From Octopus vulgaris (Eukaryota), in contig OX597839.1 in the NCBI GenBank assembly GCA_951406725.2, positions 32,922,001 to 32,986,000 of the forward strand: a stretch of DNA of 64,000 bases, read 5' to 3'. Below, piece by piece: positions 51,634 to 64,000 of this stretch (position 1 is its first letter; each line of letters opens with the position of its first letter). Under the pieces are notes generated by a model. The model was not told where the DNA came from and did not search any database. It saw only the letters and a program-made list of their open reading frames with translations. Position numbers and translations under genes: made by a program.

Positions 51634-52564
51634 ATTAGCTGAACGGATAATTATATTAATGAGTGCGCAACAGCAATTACTTCCTGAACAGCAGAAATAC
51701 GGCCACGCTATATAATGGGTTTTGAATGCAATATCCATTAGAAGAGTATGGTCAGTGTTTTGTTGGACATGTGAGCCACAGGAGTATGAATGAGAGGACA
51801 GACATGACAGAACAGAGACGTGGACGGATGGATGGATGGATAGACAGACGGATAGGAAGATAGCGAGATAGATGGATAGAAGGATAAACATAGATAGACT
51901 GACAGATAGAAGTCGGTCAACCATCAGAGGTGGCTTGAGTTCAACAGAAAAATTACGTGACAATATCCTGGAGCAGAGAAATCAAAAAATCTTGCCACCC
52001 AAACTGAGATTTGGCAAACTGTTCTGCTCTGAACCCTTATCGTGCATTTACCCCTCTTTTGTCGTTTGTCACCGAGCATAAGATATTTATTTCTTTACTG
52101 CCCTCAAGGGGCTAAACATAGAGGGGACAAACAAGGGCAGACAAAGGGATTAAGTCGATTACATCGACCCAGTGCGAAACTGGTACTTTATTTATCGACC
52201 CCGTGAGGATGAAAGGCAAAGTCGACCTCGACGGAATTTGAACTCAGAACGTAACAGCAGACGAAATACGGCTACGCATTTCGCCCGCCGTGCTAACGAT
52301 TCTGCCAGCTTGCCGCCTTTAAGATATTACCTGTTTGAGGTTCATGGTCTTGCAAACTGCACCACAGCTTGGTGATGGTTGGTGTTTGGAAGGGCATCCA
52401 GTCATAGAAATCCTGTCCATTGGTCCCTGTCGAATCCTCCAAACTATGTGAACTTAGAACATGAACTGCTTGAAGTGGTTGTGAAAACAAGGTTTTGGAT
52501 GCTCATGGGCCTTACCTCCAGTTTTGATCTCGCTAAAGAGGACCATCTTTGGGAGCTTTTTTTT

Positions 52565-52957
52565 TTTTTTTTTTTACTTGTTTCAGTCATTTGACTGCGG
52601 CCATGCTGGAGCACCACCTTTAGTCGAGCAAATCGACCCCGGGACTTATTCTTTTGTAAGCCCAGTACTTATTCTATCGTTCTCTTTTGCTGAACCGCTA
52701 AGTGACGGGGACGTAAACACACCAGCATCGGTTGTCAAGCAATGTTGGGGGGACAAACACAGACACACAAACATATATATATATACATATATACGACAGG
52801 CTTCTTTCAGTTTCCGTCTACCAAATCCACTCACAGGGCATTGGTCGGCCCAAAGCTATAGCAGAAGACACTTGCTCAAGATGCCACACAGTGGGACTGA
52901 ACCCGGAACCATGTGGTTGGTTAGCAAGCTACTTACCACACAGCCACTCCTACGCCT
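52565..52957 (-). mobile_element. SINE family A
   Basis: Family homology. Confidence 0.9.
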
Positions 52958-53795
52958 TTATTATATTTGGTTATATTTCTCCAGCATTTGCTATTTTACC
53001 CTCGTTCTGGTCTAACGACCATCCATGTTTTGTTTCCATTCGGTTTCGTTGTATGTCTCCACTGTCCTTTTTTTCTTCCCAACTTTGACCCTCCATAAAT
53101 CCCAAATTTTATTTTGGTATTTGTGGGAGCAACTGCCTTCGAAGACTCATATTATCATTCAATACTCGAAATAAGGGAGTAGCCAGGCAGCCGACAACTG
53201 ATGAAGGGACGTTTTTTGTGTTACTTGTCCTGTTTTCCATTTTTGTGTATTCAACTCATTTGTTTTCATATTTCGTGTTGTTTACTATTTGTGATGTCCT
53301 GTACCCATATATGCATATATCTGTTTCTTTACTACCCACAAGGGGCTACACACTGAGGGGATAGACAAACGGATTAAGTCGATTATATCGACCCCAGTGC
53401 GTAACTGGTAACTTAATTTATCGACCCTGAAAGGATGAAAGGCAAAGTTGACCTCGACGGAATTTGAACTCAGAATGTAACGGCAGACGAAATATGGCTA
53501 TGCATTTCGCCCGACGTGCTAACGTTTCTGCCAGCTTGCCGCCTATATCATCATCATCATCGTTGCTTAATGTCCGTTTTCCATGCTGGCATGGGTTGGA
53601 CGGTTTGATTGGTATTCGAGTACTATGTTTTCCACCTTGTTTCACATTTATGTGCTTACTCTGGTATGTATGTTTGTATATCCCTCTCTCTTTCTTTCGG
53701 AGAGGCACTGAACAGCTATACGCACACATACACACACGGCAGTAACTTCCACCTACCGAATTCAATCACAAAGCTCCGGTTGGCTCGGGGCTATA

Positions 53796-53843
<48 letters not shown>

Positions 53844-53844
53844 A

Positions 53845-54042
53845 ATGTGACCTCGTGTGCACCGTTGGCGATTTTTTTTCCTCTGTCTTCCCTTCTCTGG
53901 ATCTTTCCTTTTCCTATGTTTCCGATGAAGAGCTCCGCTCGAAACGTTAAACCCTCCTTCTTTCCTGAGCGTCCAATAATACTATATTTGTTCTACGTCC
54001 TCGCGGTATTGTGTCTTTTTGTGCTTTCTTGTTTGGATTAAC
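53845..54042 (+). mobile_element. ~200-bp hammerhead-containing element in (TA)n
   Basis: HHR 53918-53952: GTTT-CCGATGA-A-GAGC(TCC)GCTC-GAAACGTT-AAAC; TA flanks. Confidence 0.85.
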
Positions 54043-54651
54043 TATATATATATATATATATATATTGATAGATAAACAAATTAAATAAATTAATAAATAA
54101 ATAAACAAGGCAAACATAAAAATAGGAATTGCTGTTGATAGAAGGAAATTTGATTAGGGATTTTTTTCTTCTTTTTATATCAATTTTATATGTTCTGAAG
54201 AGTTTAACGAGAGATCGAGTGGTTCTTATCTGCTGCTCTTCATATTAGAACTTCAAACCAGTGTTAAAACACTCACACACATGCCCATACACACACATGT
54301 ACATACACATATGGGCAAGTGTAGATATATATACACACATACTAATGGAATTTACACACACATACAGACATGTATACACTTCATGCATGAAAGTGTAGAC
54401 ATGGTACAATACTTTACATACATATGTACACACTTGTGTCTAAACACACAAACACACACGCATGTGCACATATGCATTCATGCATACGTACACACACATG
54501 TACAGAAAATCGCACACACACACACACACACACACAATAGGAAATGAGCAAGCATTCAATGATTTACTGAAGAAATAGAGAAAAGGGAAAGAAATAGAAT
54601 AAATAAATAGATAAGGAAATGAATGAATGAAATGGAAAGAAACATACGTTA

Positions 54652-55047
54652 TAGGTGCAGGAGTGGCTGTGTGGTAAGTAGCTTGCTTACCAACCACATG
54701 GTTCCGGGTTCAGTCCCACTGCGTGGCATCTTGAGCAAGTGTCTTCTGCTATAGCCTTGGGCCGACCAAAGCCTTGTGAGTGGATTTGGTAGACGGAAAC
54801 TGAAAGAAGCCCATCGTATATATGTATGTGTATATGTTTGTGTGTCTGTGTTTGTCCCCCTAGCATTGCTTGACAACCGATGCTGGTGTGTTTATGTCCC
54901 CGTCACTTAGCGGTTCGGCAAAAAGAGACCGATAGAATAAGTACTGGGCTTACAAAGAATAAATCCCGGGGTCGAGTTGCTCAACTAAAGGCGGTGCTCC
55001 AGCATGGCCACAGTCAAATGACTGAAACAAGTAAAAGAGTAAAGAGT
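54652..55047 (+). mobile_element. SINE family A
   Basis: Family homology. Confidence 0.9.
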
Positions 55048-55564
55048 ATAGAAGGACAGAGTGAATGAAATTGAAGAAAGAGCAAAAGTAAAAGAATTAA
55101 TAAATAAATAATGAAATGAATGAACGAATGAAATGAAAGGAAGGAAATGTAAAAAGAAAGACAGAATGAATGAAAAGAAGGAAATAGAAAAATACACGAA
55201 TAAAGAGAAAAGGAAGGAAAAAGAATAGAAAGAACAAGTGATAGGAGGGGGCAGAAAAAGAAAGAAAGTTTGAACAAGGAAGGAAAATACAGAAACAATG
55301 GAATAAAGAAAGAGAGTGAATGAGTGAATGAATGAAAGGATGAATGGACAAATAATCCTTTGTATTATAGGCACAAGGTCTGAAATTTAGGGGGAGTGGG
55401 GCTAGCTGATTATTTTGACCCCCAGGGCTCAGCTGGTACTTATTTCATTGACCCCTGAAAGGATAAAAGGTTAAGTCAGCCTCCGTGGAATTTGAACTCA
55501 AAATGTAAAGACAGACGAAGGGCTGTTAAGCATTTTGCCCTGTGTGCTAACAGTTCTGCCAGCT

Positions 55565-55948
55565 TAGATGTCTTGCAAACGCCTTGCACATGCAAGTGCT
55601 ACCAGTTAAAAGCTCCGTATACCGGAAACTAGCAAGTGTATGGGGTCATCAGGAGAGAATGCGCACGGTTTCGGGGCCTACCTCTCGACAGCATCAATGC
55701 GCACCGGCCCCCCTCACTGATATGAGGCCCCGCTTGCTAGATCAGCTGGTTATGAAGAACTCAATATACTTCTAGCCATCGCTCATCATCTCTTTTTAAC
55801 CAAATCCAGTGGCTAGCCTTCTCCACTGTAGATTGGATATCAGTCATGGTGGTATTGACTTTATGATGAGTTAAGCCTATCGATAACAACAGTCGTCTCA
55901 CGCTGTGTCCAACAAATCCTCTACATCTGACTTCGATAGGAAAATTTC
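55565..55948 (-). mobile_element. Hero/NeSL-like RLE retrotransposon 3' fragment
   Basis: FPIEVRCRGFVGHSVRRLL.SIG...VEKASHWIWLKR matches the PVEVGCRGF...ASxWLWLKR C-terminus. Confidence 0.75.
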
Positions 55949-56400
55949 CAGACAAAGTGTTAGAGCACCAAAGGCCGGATATAGTAACCTTTAAGAGGGA
56001 CAAACAAGAGGGCCTAATAATCGACGTGGCAGTGCCTAATAATCAACATATTATCATGAAAGAAAGAGGGAGACCTGAGAATTGAGATTGCTAAGATGTG
56101 GCAGCTACGAGAGTCAGACGTAAAGGTTATCCCTGTTGTCATCAGAGCATTGGGTTCAATACCACCCAACCTGAAGAAAAAACATCTGGAAACCTTAGAA
56201 ATACCCTACAATCTAGATGTATTGCAAAAGTTGGCATTACATGGAACTGCATGCACATTGCGTAAAGTAGTGTCTGTCTGAGGTCCTTGGTGTGACTTGA
56301 CAAAACAGTACAACCCCCCCCTCCCGGCAGACACAATATCTTCAATCAACAACATCATGATATTGGATACTGTGTGATGTCTATAATGATGATGATGATA
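55949..56400 (+). mobile_element. R4/Dong-type RLE fragment (divergent family)
   Basis: RPDIV..IIDVAVP...LRIEIAKMW....VIPVVIRALG..LQKLALHGTACTLRKV. Confidence 0.75.
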
Positions 56401-56412
56401 ATAATAATAATA

Positions 56413-57040
56413 AAAGGTCACAGAAAATGAGAAGGCAACCATACTCTGGGATATGCCAATGCACACAGATAGAGAAATTAAGGCCAATAGGCCGGATATA
56501 GTTGTCAGAGATCATGAAGAAAAAAAAATGTTTTCTAATCGACATATCAATACCAGCAGATGACAACGTTTCTCTAAAAGAAATGGAGAAACTTTCAAAA
56601 TACAAAGACCTGGAAATAGAGATAACTCGAATGTGGAATCTAAAAACAGAAACAATTCCTATCATAGTAAGCGCATTAGGAATGATAAAAAAATATTCAG
56701 ACAAATACATAACAAAAACACCAGGACTTACAAACACATATAACATACAGAAAATAGCACTACTGGGTACTGCACATTTCCTACGTAAAACACTTTCAAT
56801 ACAGTGAAAATAAGAGCACCACAACAAACTACAGCACATACCCAAGGTACACAGAGCTTTGCTTGGTAGTGCAGTGAAAGCAAGTGGTGAAAATTGACTA
56901 CTGAATAATAATAATAATAATAATATTAATAATGAAAATAGCACTACTAGGAACCGCACACATCCTATGTAAAACACTTTCAATACAGTGAAAATAAGAA
57001 CACCACAACAAACTACAGCACATGCCCAAGGTACACAGAG
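56413..57040 (+). mobile_element. R4/Dong-type RLE fragment in (TAA)n, plus a short duplicated 3' end
   Basis: ILWDMPMHTDREIKANRPDIVV..FLIDISIPADDNVSLKEMEKLSKYKDLEIEITRMW...QKIALLGTAHFLRKTL; TAA flanks. Confidence 0.88.
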
Positions 57041-57824
57041 GTACAAAGAGAGGATGAGAGAGTGAGAGAGGAAGGAGGGAAGGAGAAGGATTAAAAGAGG
57101 AAACGGTTAAAATGGGTTTTTTTTTTAACCATTATCACTGCCACCTTCAAGACCACCACTGACACTGTCACTATGGCAACCACATACCCCATCATTATCA
57201 TCGCCACCAACACTACCATCACCACCACCACCACTATCAGCATCACCATCGCCACCAACACCGCCATCACTGCTACCATCACCACCACCATCATCAACAC
57301 AGTCACTAGCGCCACCACCATAACCCTAACATCCAGGTAACCCCTATTTCCCCCCTCCCATTAAATAAACAGGAGTCCCAAGTCAACACTTCAGTTAAGC
57401 CTATATTATTTCTTGAACACAATATGATCCCTTTAAGTAGGGAAAAGGGGAGAAGAAAGTAGGACCTGTCCATCCCTAGCCTCCCCCCCACTGTCCCACC
57501 TCTCCTTAAATCCACTCCTCTGCTTAGGGGTGCTTTAGGGGTGATGAGTGCAGGGAGGGGTGGGGTGGGATTTTAACAACCTGTTCTGTTGAATGTATAG
57601 GACTTGATTAACCAGACAGGTTATTGCTGTGTGTAGGGGTGTGAGACGGGGTATGAGGGTAGATAGATAGGAAGCCCTGTATAAATATATTTACCTAAGC
57701 AAATATATATATTATCACATATATTATCATATATATGTGTGTATATGTATATATATATATATATATTATCACATATATAAATCGTATGTATGTATGTATG
57801 TGTGTTATATACAGTATATATGAT

Positions 57825-58155
57825 AATATTTAAAAAATAGGATAAAATCTTCATAAGAATTTATCAAGTAGTTAGCGTGTAAAACCTCATAAGAGAAAAA
57901 ATCTGTAAATTTTTTCACTTGAAAATATTTATTTATATTATATAGAGGGCATTATTACACATAAATGCCGCACGCTAGGAGGGACTTCTAAAGTCATAAC
58001 TACCAAATATAAACAGAATGTAGCTAAATTCTGTTTTTAAATGACTCGCTTCGAGAATTGCATTCGGTACGATTTGTTTATATTTGGTAGTTATGACTTT
58101 AAAAGTCCCTCCTAGCGTGCGGCATTTATGTGTAATAATGCCCTCTATATAATAT
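57825..58155. mobile_element. Fold-back insertion in TA-rich sequence
   Basis: ~80-bp inverted arms (~57937-58018 / ~58072-58153). Confidence 0.75.
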
Positions 58156-58676
58156 ATATGATAATATGTGGTTGTATGTATATATATATATATCGTCATC
58201 ATTGTTTAACGTACGCTTTCCATGCTGGCATGTGTTGGACAATTTTGACTGAGGGCTGGCAAACCAGATGGCCGCACCAGGCTCCAATCTTGATCTGGCA
58301 GAGTTTCTACAGCTGGATGCCCTTCCTAACGCCAACCACTCCGAGAGTGTAGTGGGTGCTTTTATGTGCCACCAGCACAGGGGCCAGTCAGGCGGTACTG
58401 TCAACGACCTCGCTCGAATGTTTTTTCACGTGCCAGTAAGGTGACGCTGGTAACGATCACACTGGAATAGTGTCTTTTACATGCCACCGGTGCTCAAGCC
58501 AGTTAGCCGCTCTGGCAACGATCATGCTCAGATGGTAATCTTAGCACCCTACTAGCACAGGGTAATGATCACATTCAAATGGTACCTTTTATGTGCCACT
58601 CGCACGGAAGCCAGTTGGAGAATTCACAAAAAAACAAAAGACGAAGACAGGTGGTGATAAACAACAAATAAATTAT

Positions 58677-58725
<49 letters not shown>

Positions 58726-58727
<2 letters not shown>

Positions 58728-58908
58728 TAATCCAAACAAGAAAACACAGAAAAAAAGAAAAAAACACAGCAACGCAGGACGTGGAACAATTAAAGTATTA
58801 TTGACGCTCAGGAAAGAAGGAAAGAAGGAGGGTTTAACGTTTTGAGCGGAGCTCTTCGTCGGAAACAAGGAGAAGGAAAGATCCCAAGGAGGGAAGACAG
58901 AGGAGACA
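58726..58908 (-). mobile_element. ~200-bp hammerhead element, decayed copy
   Basis: HHR 58832-58866 with G12A. Confidence 0.75.
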
Positions 58909-58937
58909 ATATTTGAGCTGGTAGTGCTTAAGGGATC

Positions 58938-58968
<31 letters not shown>

Positions 58969-58984
58969 CATATAATAATAATAA

Positions 58985-59350
58985 TATTAAGGAGTATAAC
59001 TCCAAACTTACAGGGAAAAATTCAATTTAGTATTAAATCAAATTTCACAATATAAATATGTAATATCTATAAATTAGAGAAAAAACACCATTATGTAATT
59101 CAAACAATGATAGACATGAACCAAATCATAAAGAAGAAATAAAATATATTTTAAAACATATAACTAGATCACTAAAAGTACAAAAAAATGAATAAACTGC
59201 TTATTCATTTTTTTGTACTTTTTGTGATCTAGTTATATGTTATATAATATGTTATATAATATATTTAATTTTTTTCTATATGGTATGGTTTATGACTAGC
59301 ATTGTTTGAATTACATGATAGTGCTTTTTCTCTAATTTATTAATATTATA
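58985..59350. mobile_element. AT-rich fold-back insertion (same family as 30318-30685)
   Basis: Same leader and inverted arms. Confidence 0.75.
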
Positions 59351-59364
59351 CATACATATATATA

Positions 59365-59396
<32 letters not shown>

Positions 59397-59647
59397 CATA
59401 CATACAACAATATAAGCAATGTTAATATTTTTTAACAAAGAGCTGAATAAGAAGCAACAGACCGTTAACCTGGCTTATAGAAAACAAGTGAAAAGAGACG
59501 AAACTTGATGAGAAATATGAAGGAATTATACTCAGGATATTATCTGTTTATGAGCCATGATTTGGTAAAAAGAAGGTAAAAGTCACCTTCTCGAATCATG
59601 CTATCTCTTAAGGGCCGGTTTCCCGGTTCCCATGGTGCATATATTCC

Positions 59648-59878
59648 TATTTCTTTATTGCCCACAAGGGGCTAAACACAGAGAGGACAAACTAGGACAG
59701 ACATAGGTATTAAGTCGATTACATCGACCCCAGTGCGTAACTGGTACTTAATTTATCGACCCCGAAAGGATGAAAGGCAAAGTCGACCTCGGCGGAATTT
59801 GAACTCACAACGTAACGCAGATGAAATACCGCTGAGCATTTTGCCTGGCGTGCTAGCATTTCTGCCAGCTCGTCGCCT
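59648..59878 (-). mobile_element. SINE family B nested in another SINE
   Basis: Perfect 15-bp TSD tggtgcatatattcc (59633-59647 / 59879-59893). Confidence 0.9.
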
Positions 59879-60287
59879 TGGTGCATATATTCCGCCAGCT
59901 GGATGGGACGCCAGTCTGTCTCAGCGTTACTCATTTTTGCCGGCTGAGCGGACTGGACTGATGTGAAAATGAAGTGTCTTGCTGAAGGAGACAATGTGCC
60001 GCCCGGTCCAGGAATCGAAACCACAATTTTACAATCTCGAGTCCAACATCCTAACCACTAAGCCACGCACCTCTACAGTGAGTGGTGGTCATGATGATTG
60101 TCTGTGACAAAACAAGGAATGGAAAGAAATGAAGCAGAACTATTTGTTCAATGATTGGAAGAACTGAATAATGGAATACAGGTAGTTGCTGATTGTTTGG
60201 GGTATTGATCTGTTCTATATTTGATCTGTTGGATCTTATTGATCACACTGATTGCTGCCATTTTCTCATTTCTTGCTACACACGGAC

Positions 60288-60795
60288 ATCATCATCATCA
60301 TCGTTTAATGTCCGCTTTCCATGCTAGCATGGGTTGGATGGTTCGACTGGGGTCTGGGAAGCCAGGAGGCTGCACCAGGCTCCAGTCTGATCTGGCAGTG
60401 TTTCTATGGCTGGATGCCCTTCCTAACGCCAACCACTCCGTGAGTGTAGTGGGTGCTTTTTATGTGCCACTGGCAGGCTGGCAACAGCCACAATCGTTTG
60501 GTGCTTTTTATGTGCCAGGGGAGGCTGGCAATGGCCACAATCGGTTGGTGCTTTTTATGTGCCACCGGCACAGGTATCACAACTACAATTTCTATTTGAT
60601 TTTTTGGTGTTGATGTACTTGACTCAATAGGTCTCCAAGGTAAGCACAGCAGGCCATCTTGCGATCCAAGGTACTTTGGATGGGCTGGGGCTGGTTATGT
60701 GAAGCTGGTGCAGGAAACAGCCATGAACTCACGTTGTTTGTCGGGTCTTCGCAGTCTTCGGTCTTTCGTTATTGCCTCTGTGAGACCCAACGTTC
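60288..60795 (-). mobile_element. RTE-LINE 3' fragment
   Basis: (CAT)n tail on plus strand; minus strand TLGLTEAITKDR. Similar tails at ~13780, 17545, 27105, 42320, 42730, 47900, 58195. Confidence 0.8.
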
Positions 60796-61205
60796 CAGGT
60801 AAAAAGGTAAAGAACCCTTCGGTCATGAATGACCATGGGATTGCACCTAGAAAGTTCCCCACTGAGTTACAAATCTGGGCAAGGAATGTTTTTATGGAAG
60901 ACCTGCAGTCATCCATGCATATCAGCTTCCCTTCTCCATGCCACCGATGTTATCCGAGGGAGAGGCAAACATTCGAGTGAGGTCGTTGCCAGTGCCACTC
61001 GACTGGCTCCTGTGCAGGTGGCACATAAAAAACACCATTTGAGCGTGGCCGTTGCCAGTACCACCTGACTGGCCCTTGTGCCGGTGGCATGTAAAAGCAC
61101 CCACTCTGTAGCAATCACGGCCTATAAAGAGCAAAGACGTGGTATAAGCAAACCCCAGAAGCAGTCACCGATAATGAAGATTGCAAAATCCTGGGAGAGT
61201 CAGCC

Positions 61206-62373
61206 AGATAGATAGATACATAGATAGACAGACAGATAGACCTACAGATATACAGATAGATAGATAGATACATAGATAGACAGACAGATAGACCTACAGA
61301 TATACAGATAGATAGATAGATACATAGATAGACAGACAGATAGACAGATCAATAGATAGATACATAGATAGACAGACAGATAGACAGATCAATAGATAGA
61401 TACATAGATAGACAGACAGATAGACAGATCAATAGATAGATACATAGGTAGACAGACAGATAGACAGATCAATAGATAGATACATAGATAGACAGACAGA
61501 TAGACCTACAGATATACAGATAGATAGATAGATAGACAGATCAATAGATAGATACATAGATAGACAGACAGATAGACAGACAGATAGACAGATCAATAGA
61601 TAGATACATAGGTAGACAGACAGATATACAGATCAATAGATAGATACATAGATAGACAGACAGATAGACCTACAGATATACAGATAGATAGATAGATACA
61701 TAGATAGACAGACAGATCAATAGATAGATACATAGGTAGACAGACAGATAGACAGATCAATAGATAGATACATAGATAGACAGACAGATAGACCTACAGA
61801 TATACAGATAGATAGATAGATACATAGATAGACAGACAGATAGACAGATCAATAGATAGATACATAGATAGACAGACAGATATACAGATCAATAGATAGA
61901 TACATAGATAGACAGACAGATAGACCTACAGATATACAGATAGATAGATAGATACATAGATAGACAGACAGATCAATAGATAGATACATAGGTAGACAGA
62001 CAGATAGACAGATCAATAGATAGATACATAGATAGACAGACAGATAGACCTACAGATATACAGATAGATAGATAGATACATAGATAGACAGACAGATCAA
62101 TAGATAGATACATAGGTAGACAGACAGATAGACAGATCAATAGATAGATACATAGATAGACAGACAGATAGACCTACAGATATACAGATAGATAGATACA
62201 TAGATAGACAGACAGATCAATAGATAGATACATAGGTAGACAGACAGATAGACAGATCAATAGATAGATACATAGATAGACAGACAGATAGACCTACAGA
62301 TATACAGATAGATAGATAGATACATAGATAGACAGACAGATAGACCTACAGATATACAGATAGATAGATAGAT
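61206..62373. repeat. (GATA)/(GACA) compound satellite with higher-order units
   Basis: Recurring gatcaata and gacctacagatataca blocks. Confidence 0.97.
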
Positions 62374-63040
62374 GGTGGTGGTACCAAACGAGTGGACAGT
62401 TTCTTGCCAAGGGAAGGGACATCAGCGGCACTTGTAGGTCACATTTTTTGTTGAAGTGAGCATACTGTTTAGAAGCAAACACAGACCCACATTATATACG
62501 TAATCGTTTCCCCGCTGGTTTTATCTTATCATTTTATGTATTCAAAACCCAATTTATAAATGCTTTGCAAATATTTTTGTTCATTTTGTTTTTTGACACT
62601 TTTTGGGGGTTTTTTGTTTGGTTTTTATCGTCTTTTGGTTTTTATCGTCTTTTGTTTTTTATTTCTTTCACACTCTTTTGGAATGTAGCAAATTCCTACA
62701 CACGCACACACTCATTTAAATACCTGTACACAAGCTTGTACACACATATTTATTGTAAAAATAGGGTGTTGGATTCAGAAAATCCAGGTGACTACACACA
62801 CACACACACACACACGTCACAATTCTCTCCCTCTCCGTTCTCTACCCTTTAGGATATCTTCTGTTACCCACTATTCTTGTTTTCTTGGCCCTAGGGCCAT
62901 ATTTTGCTCATCTGTTCATCCTTGTCCACCGTCCTAAACCACATTCTGTGTTGTTTTGTTTGCTCTTGGCCCTGAATTCTCCACAAAAAAATTTTTTTGC
63001 AGGCATCACCAATATGGGAAGTCCTCACTCTTACCATTAA

Positions 63041-63250
63041 CCCTTTCCTTACTGTATTTATTTTGAGATGCTCTGTGTTTCTTTCAATTAATTTTAAATA
63101 TAATAAAGAATTTAGTGAAATCATTAAGCTAGTGTTAGGAACATAAATTGTGACTAAGGTTCGGTGGAAGATCTTTATTCAAAACTTATGAAAACAAGAC
63201 ATTTGTACTCAGAGCCAGAGCCGGTTTCAGCTGAGTTGGTAATGAAAGGG
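63041..63250. mobile_element. TTAA-flanked piggyBac-like MITE
   Basis: TIRs and TTAA TSD. Confidence 0.85.
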
Positions 63251-63462
63251 TTAATGGTACAAAACTGAGTATTACCATTTGGTTGATAACTGATGAAGAA
63301 TTAGGGACCCTCTGTGTTTGCCTCCTCTCTGGTTGTGTACTCCATACATGTTATATAATTTCTTTATTTACCATACATTTTTTCATTTTTTTTCATTTAA
63401 GTAATGGAACGCCACACGCACCAAATTTGTATTAACAAGTAAGTTTTATATATATATATATA

Positions 63463-63733
63463 TGTGGAGGTGCAATGGCCCAGTGGATCGTAGGATCATG
63501 GTTTCGATTCCCAGACCGGGCGTTGTGAGTGTTTATTGAGCGAAAACACCTAAAGCTCCACAAGGGGGTGGTGGCGGTCCCTGCTGTACTCTTTCGTCCC
63601 AACTTTCTCTCACTCTTTCTTCTGTTGGCCTGCTCGCTTAGCCAGCAGGGTGGCGTCATTTGAAAGCTAAAGCAATGCGAAGCGCATTGTGACCAGCGAT
63701 GTGTAGCAACATCTGATAGCCTGGTCGGTCACG

Positions 63734-63738
<5 letters not shown>
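63463..63738 (+). mobile_element. tRNA-derived SINE (family E) in (TA)n
   Basis: A-box-like tggcccagtgg, B-box-like ggtttcgattccc. Confidence 0.6.
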
Positions 63739-63773
<35 letters not shown>

Positions 63774-64000
63774 AACGCAAAATAGGCGACCCTTAACAGG
63801 CTGCCTTATATGCTAGAAGGAGCAGTCAAAACGTCCAAAATCACATTTAGGAGCGATTTCGAAGGGAATGAAAAACTTTTACCATGTTTTTTTCGGTCAG
63901 ACCTAAGTTTTGAACTTAGTGTTTAAATGTAGACTAATTTTATATGGAAAATATGTTGTCTATTGGCTCATTATACATTGTAGGTCACTGGTAGGGAAAT

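Noticed and set aside
63285-63330. aactgatgaag core (similar to 53196)
   Set aside because: No downstream stem II-GAAAC found; insufficient to call.

Overview
Eukaryotic, AT-rich and very repeat-dense DNA. The tRNA-derived SINEs, RTE tails ending in (GAT)n, TAA-targeting R4/Dong fragments and very long TA/TG/AAT/GATA microsatellites look like an Octopus genome; that assignment is an inference. Only one credible host gene is visible: a single coding exon on the minus strand (970-2454) encoding a 494-aa PTB/PID-domain adaptor-like protein. It has a splice acceptor at 2576-2577 and a candidate non-coding first exon about 36 kb upstream (about 38518-39035). Everything else is transposon-derived or simple repeat, and nearly all long ORFs in the track are microsatellite artefacts. 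The most striking signal is about 20 hammerhead-ribozyme (HHR) motifs, read by eye, from many sequence-distinct small elements. Several are structurally complete minimal type-I HHRs with a palindromic stem III, and several carry a recurrent CCGANGA (U4C) core. They sit in short elements inserted in (TA)n tracts or in fold-back insertions. One is attached to a Penelope GIY-YIG remnant together with a tRNA-like Pol III module. This points to a diverse, microsatellite-homing Penelope/retrozyme-like ribozyme system. Catalytic activity and novelty could not be tested here, and repeat boundaries are approximate.
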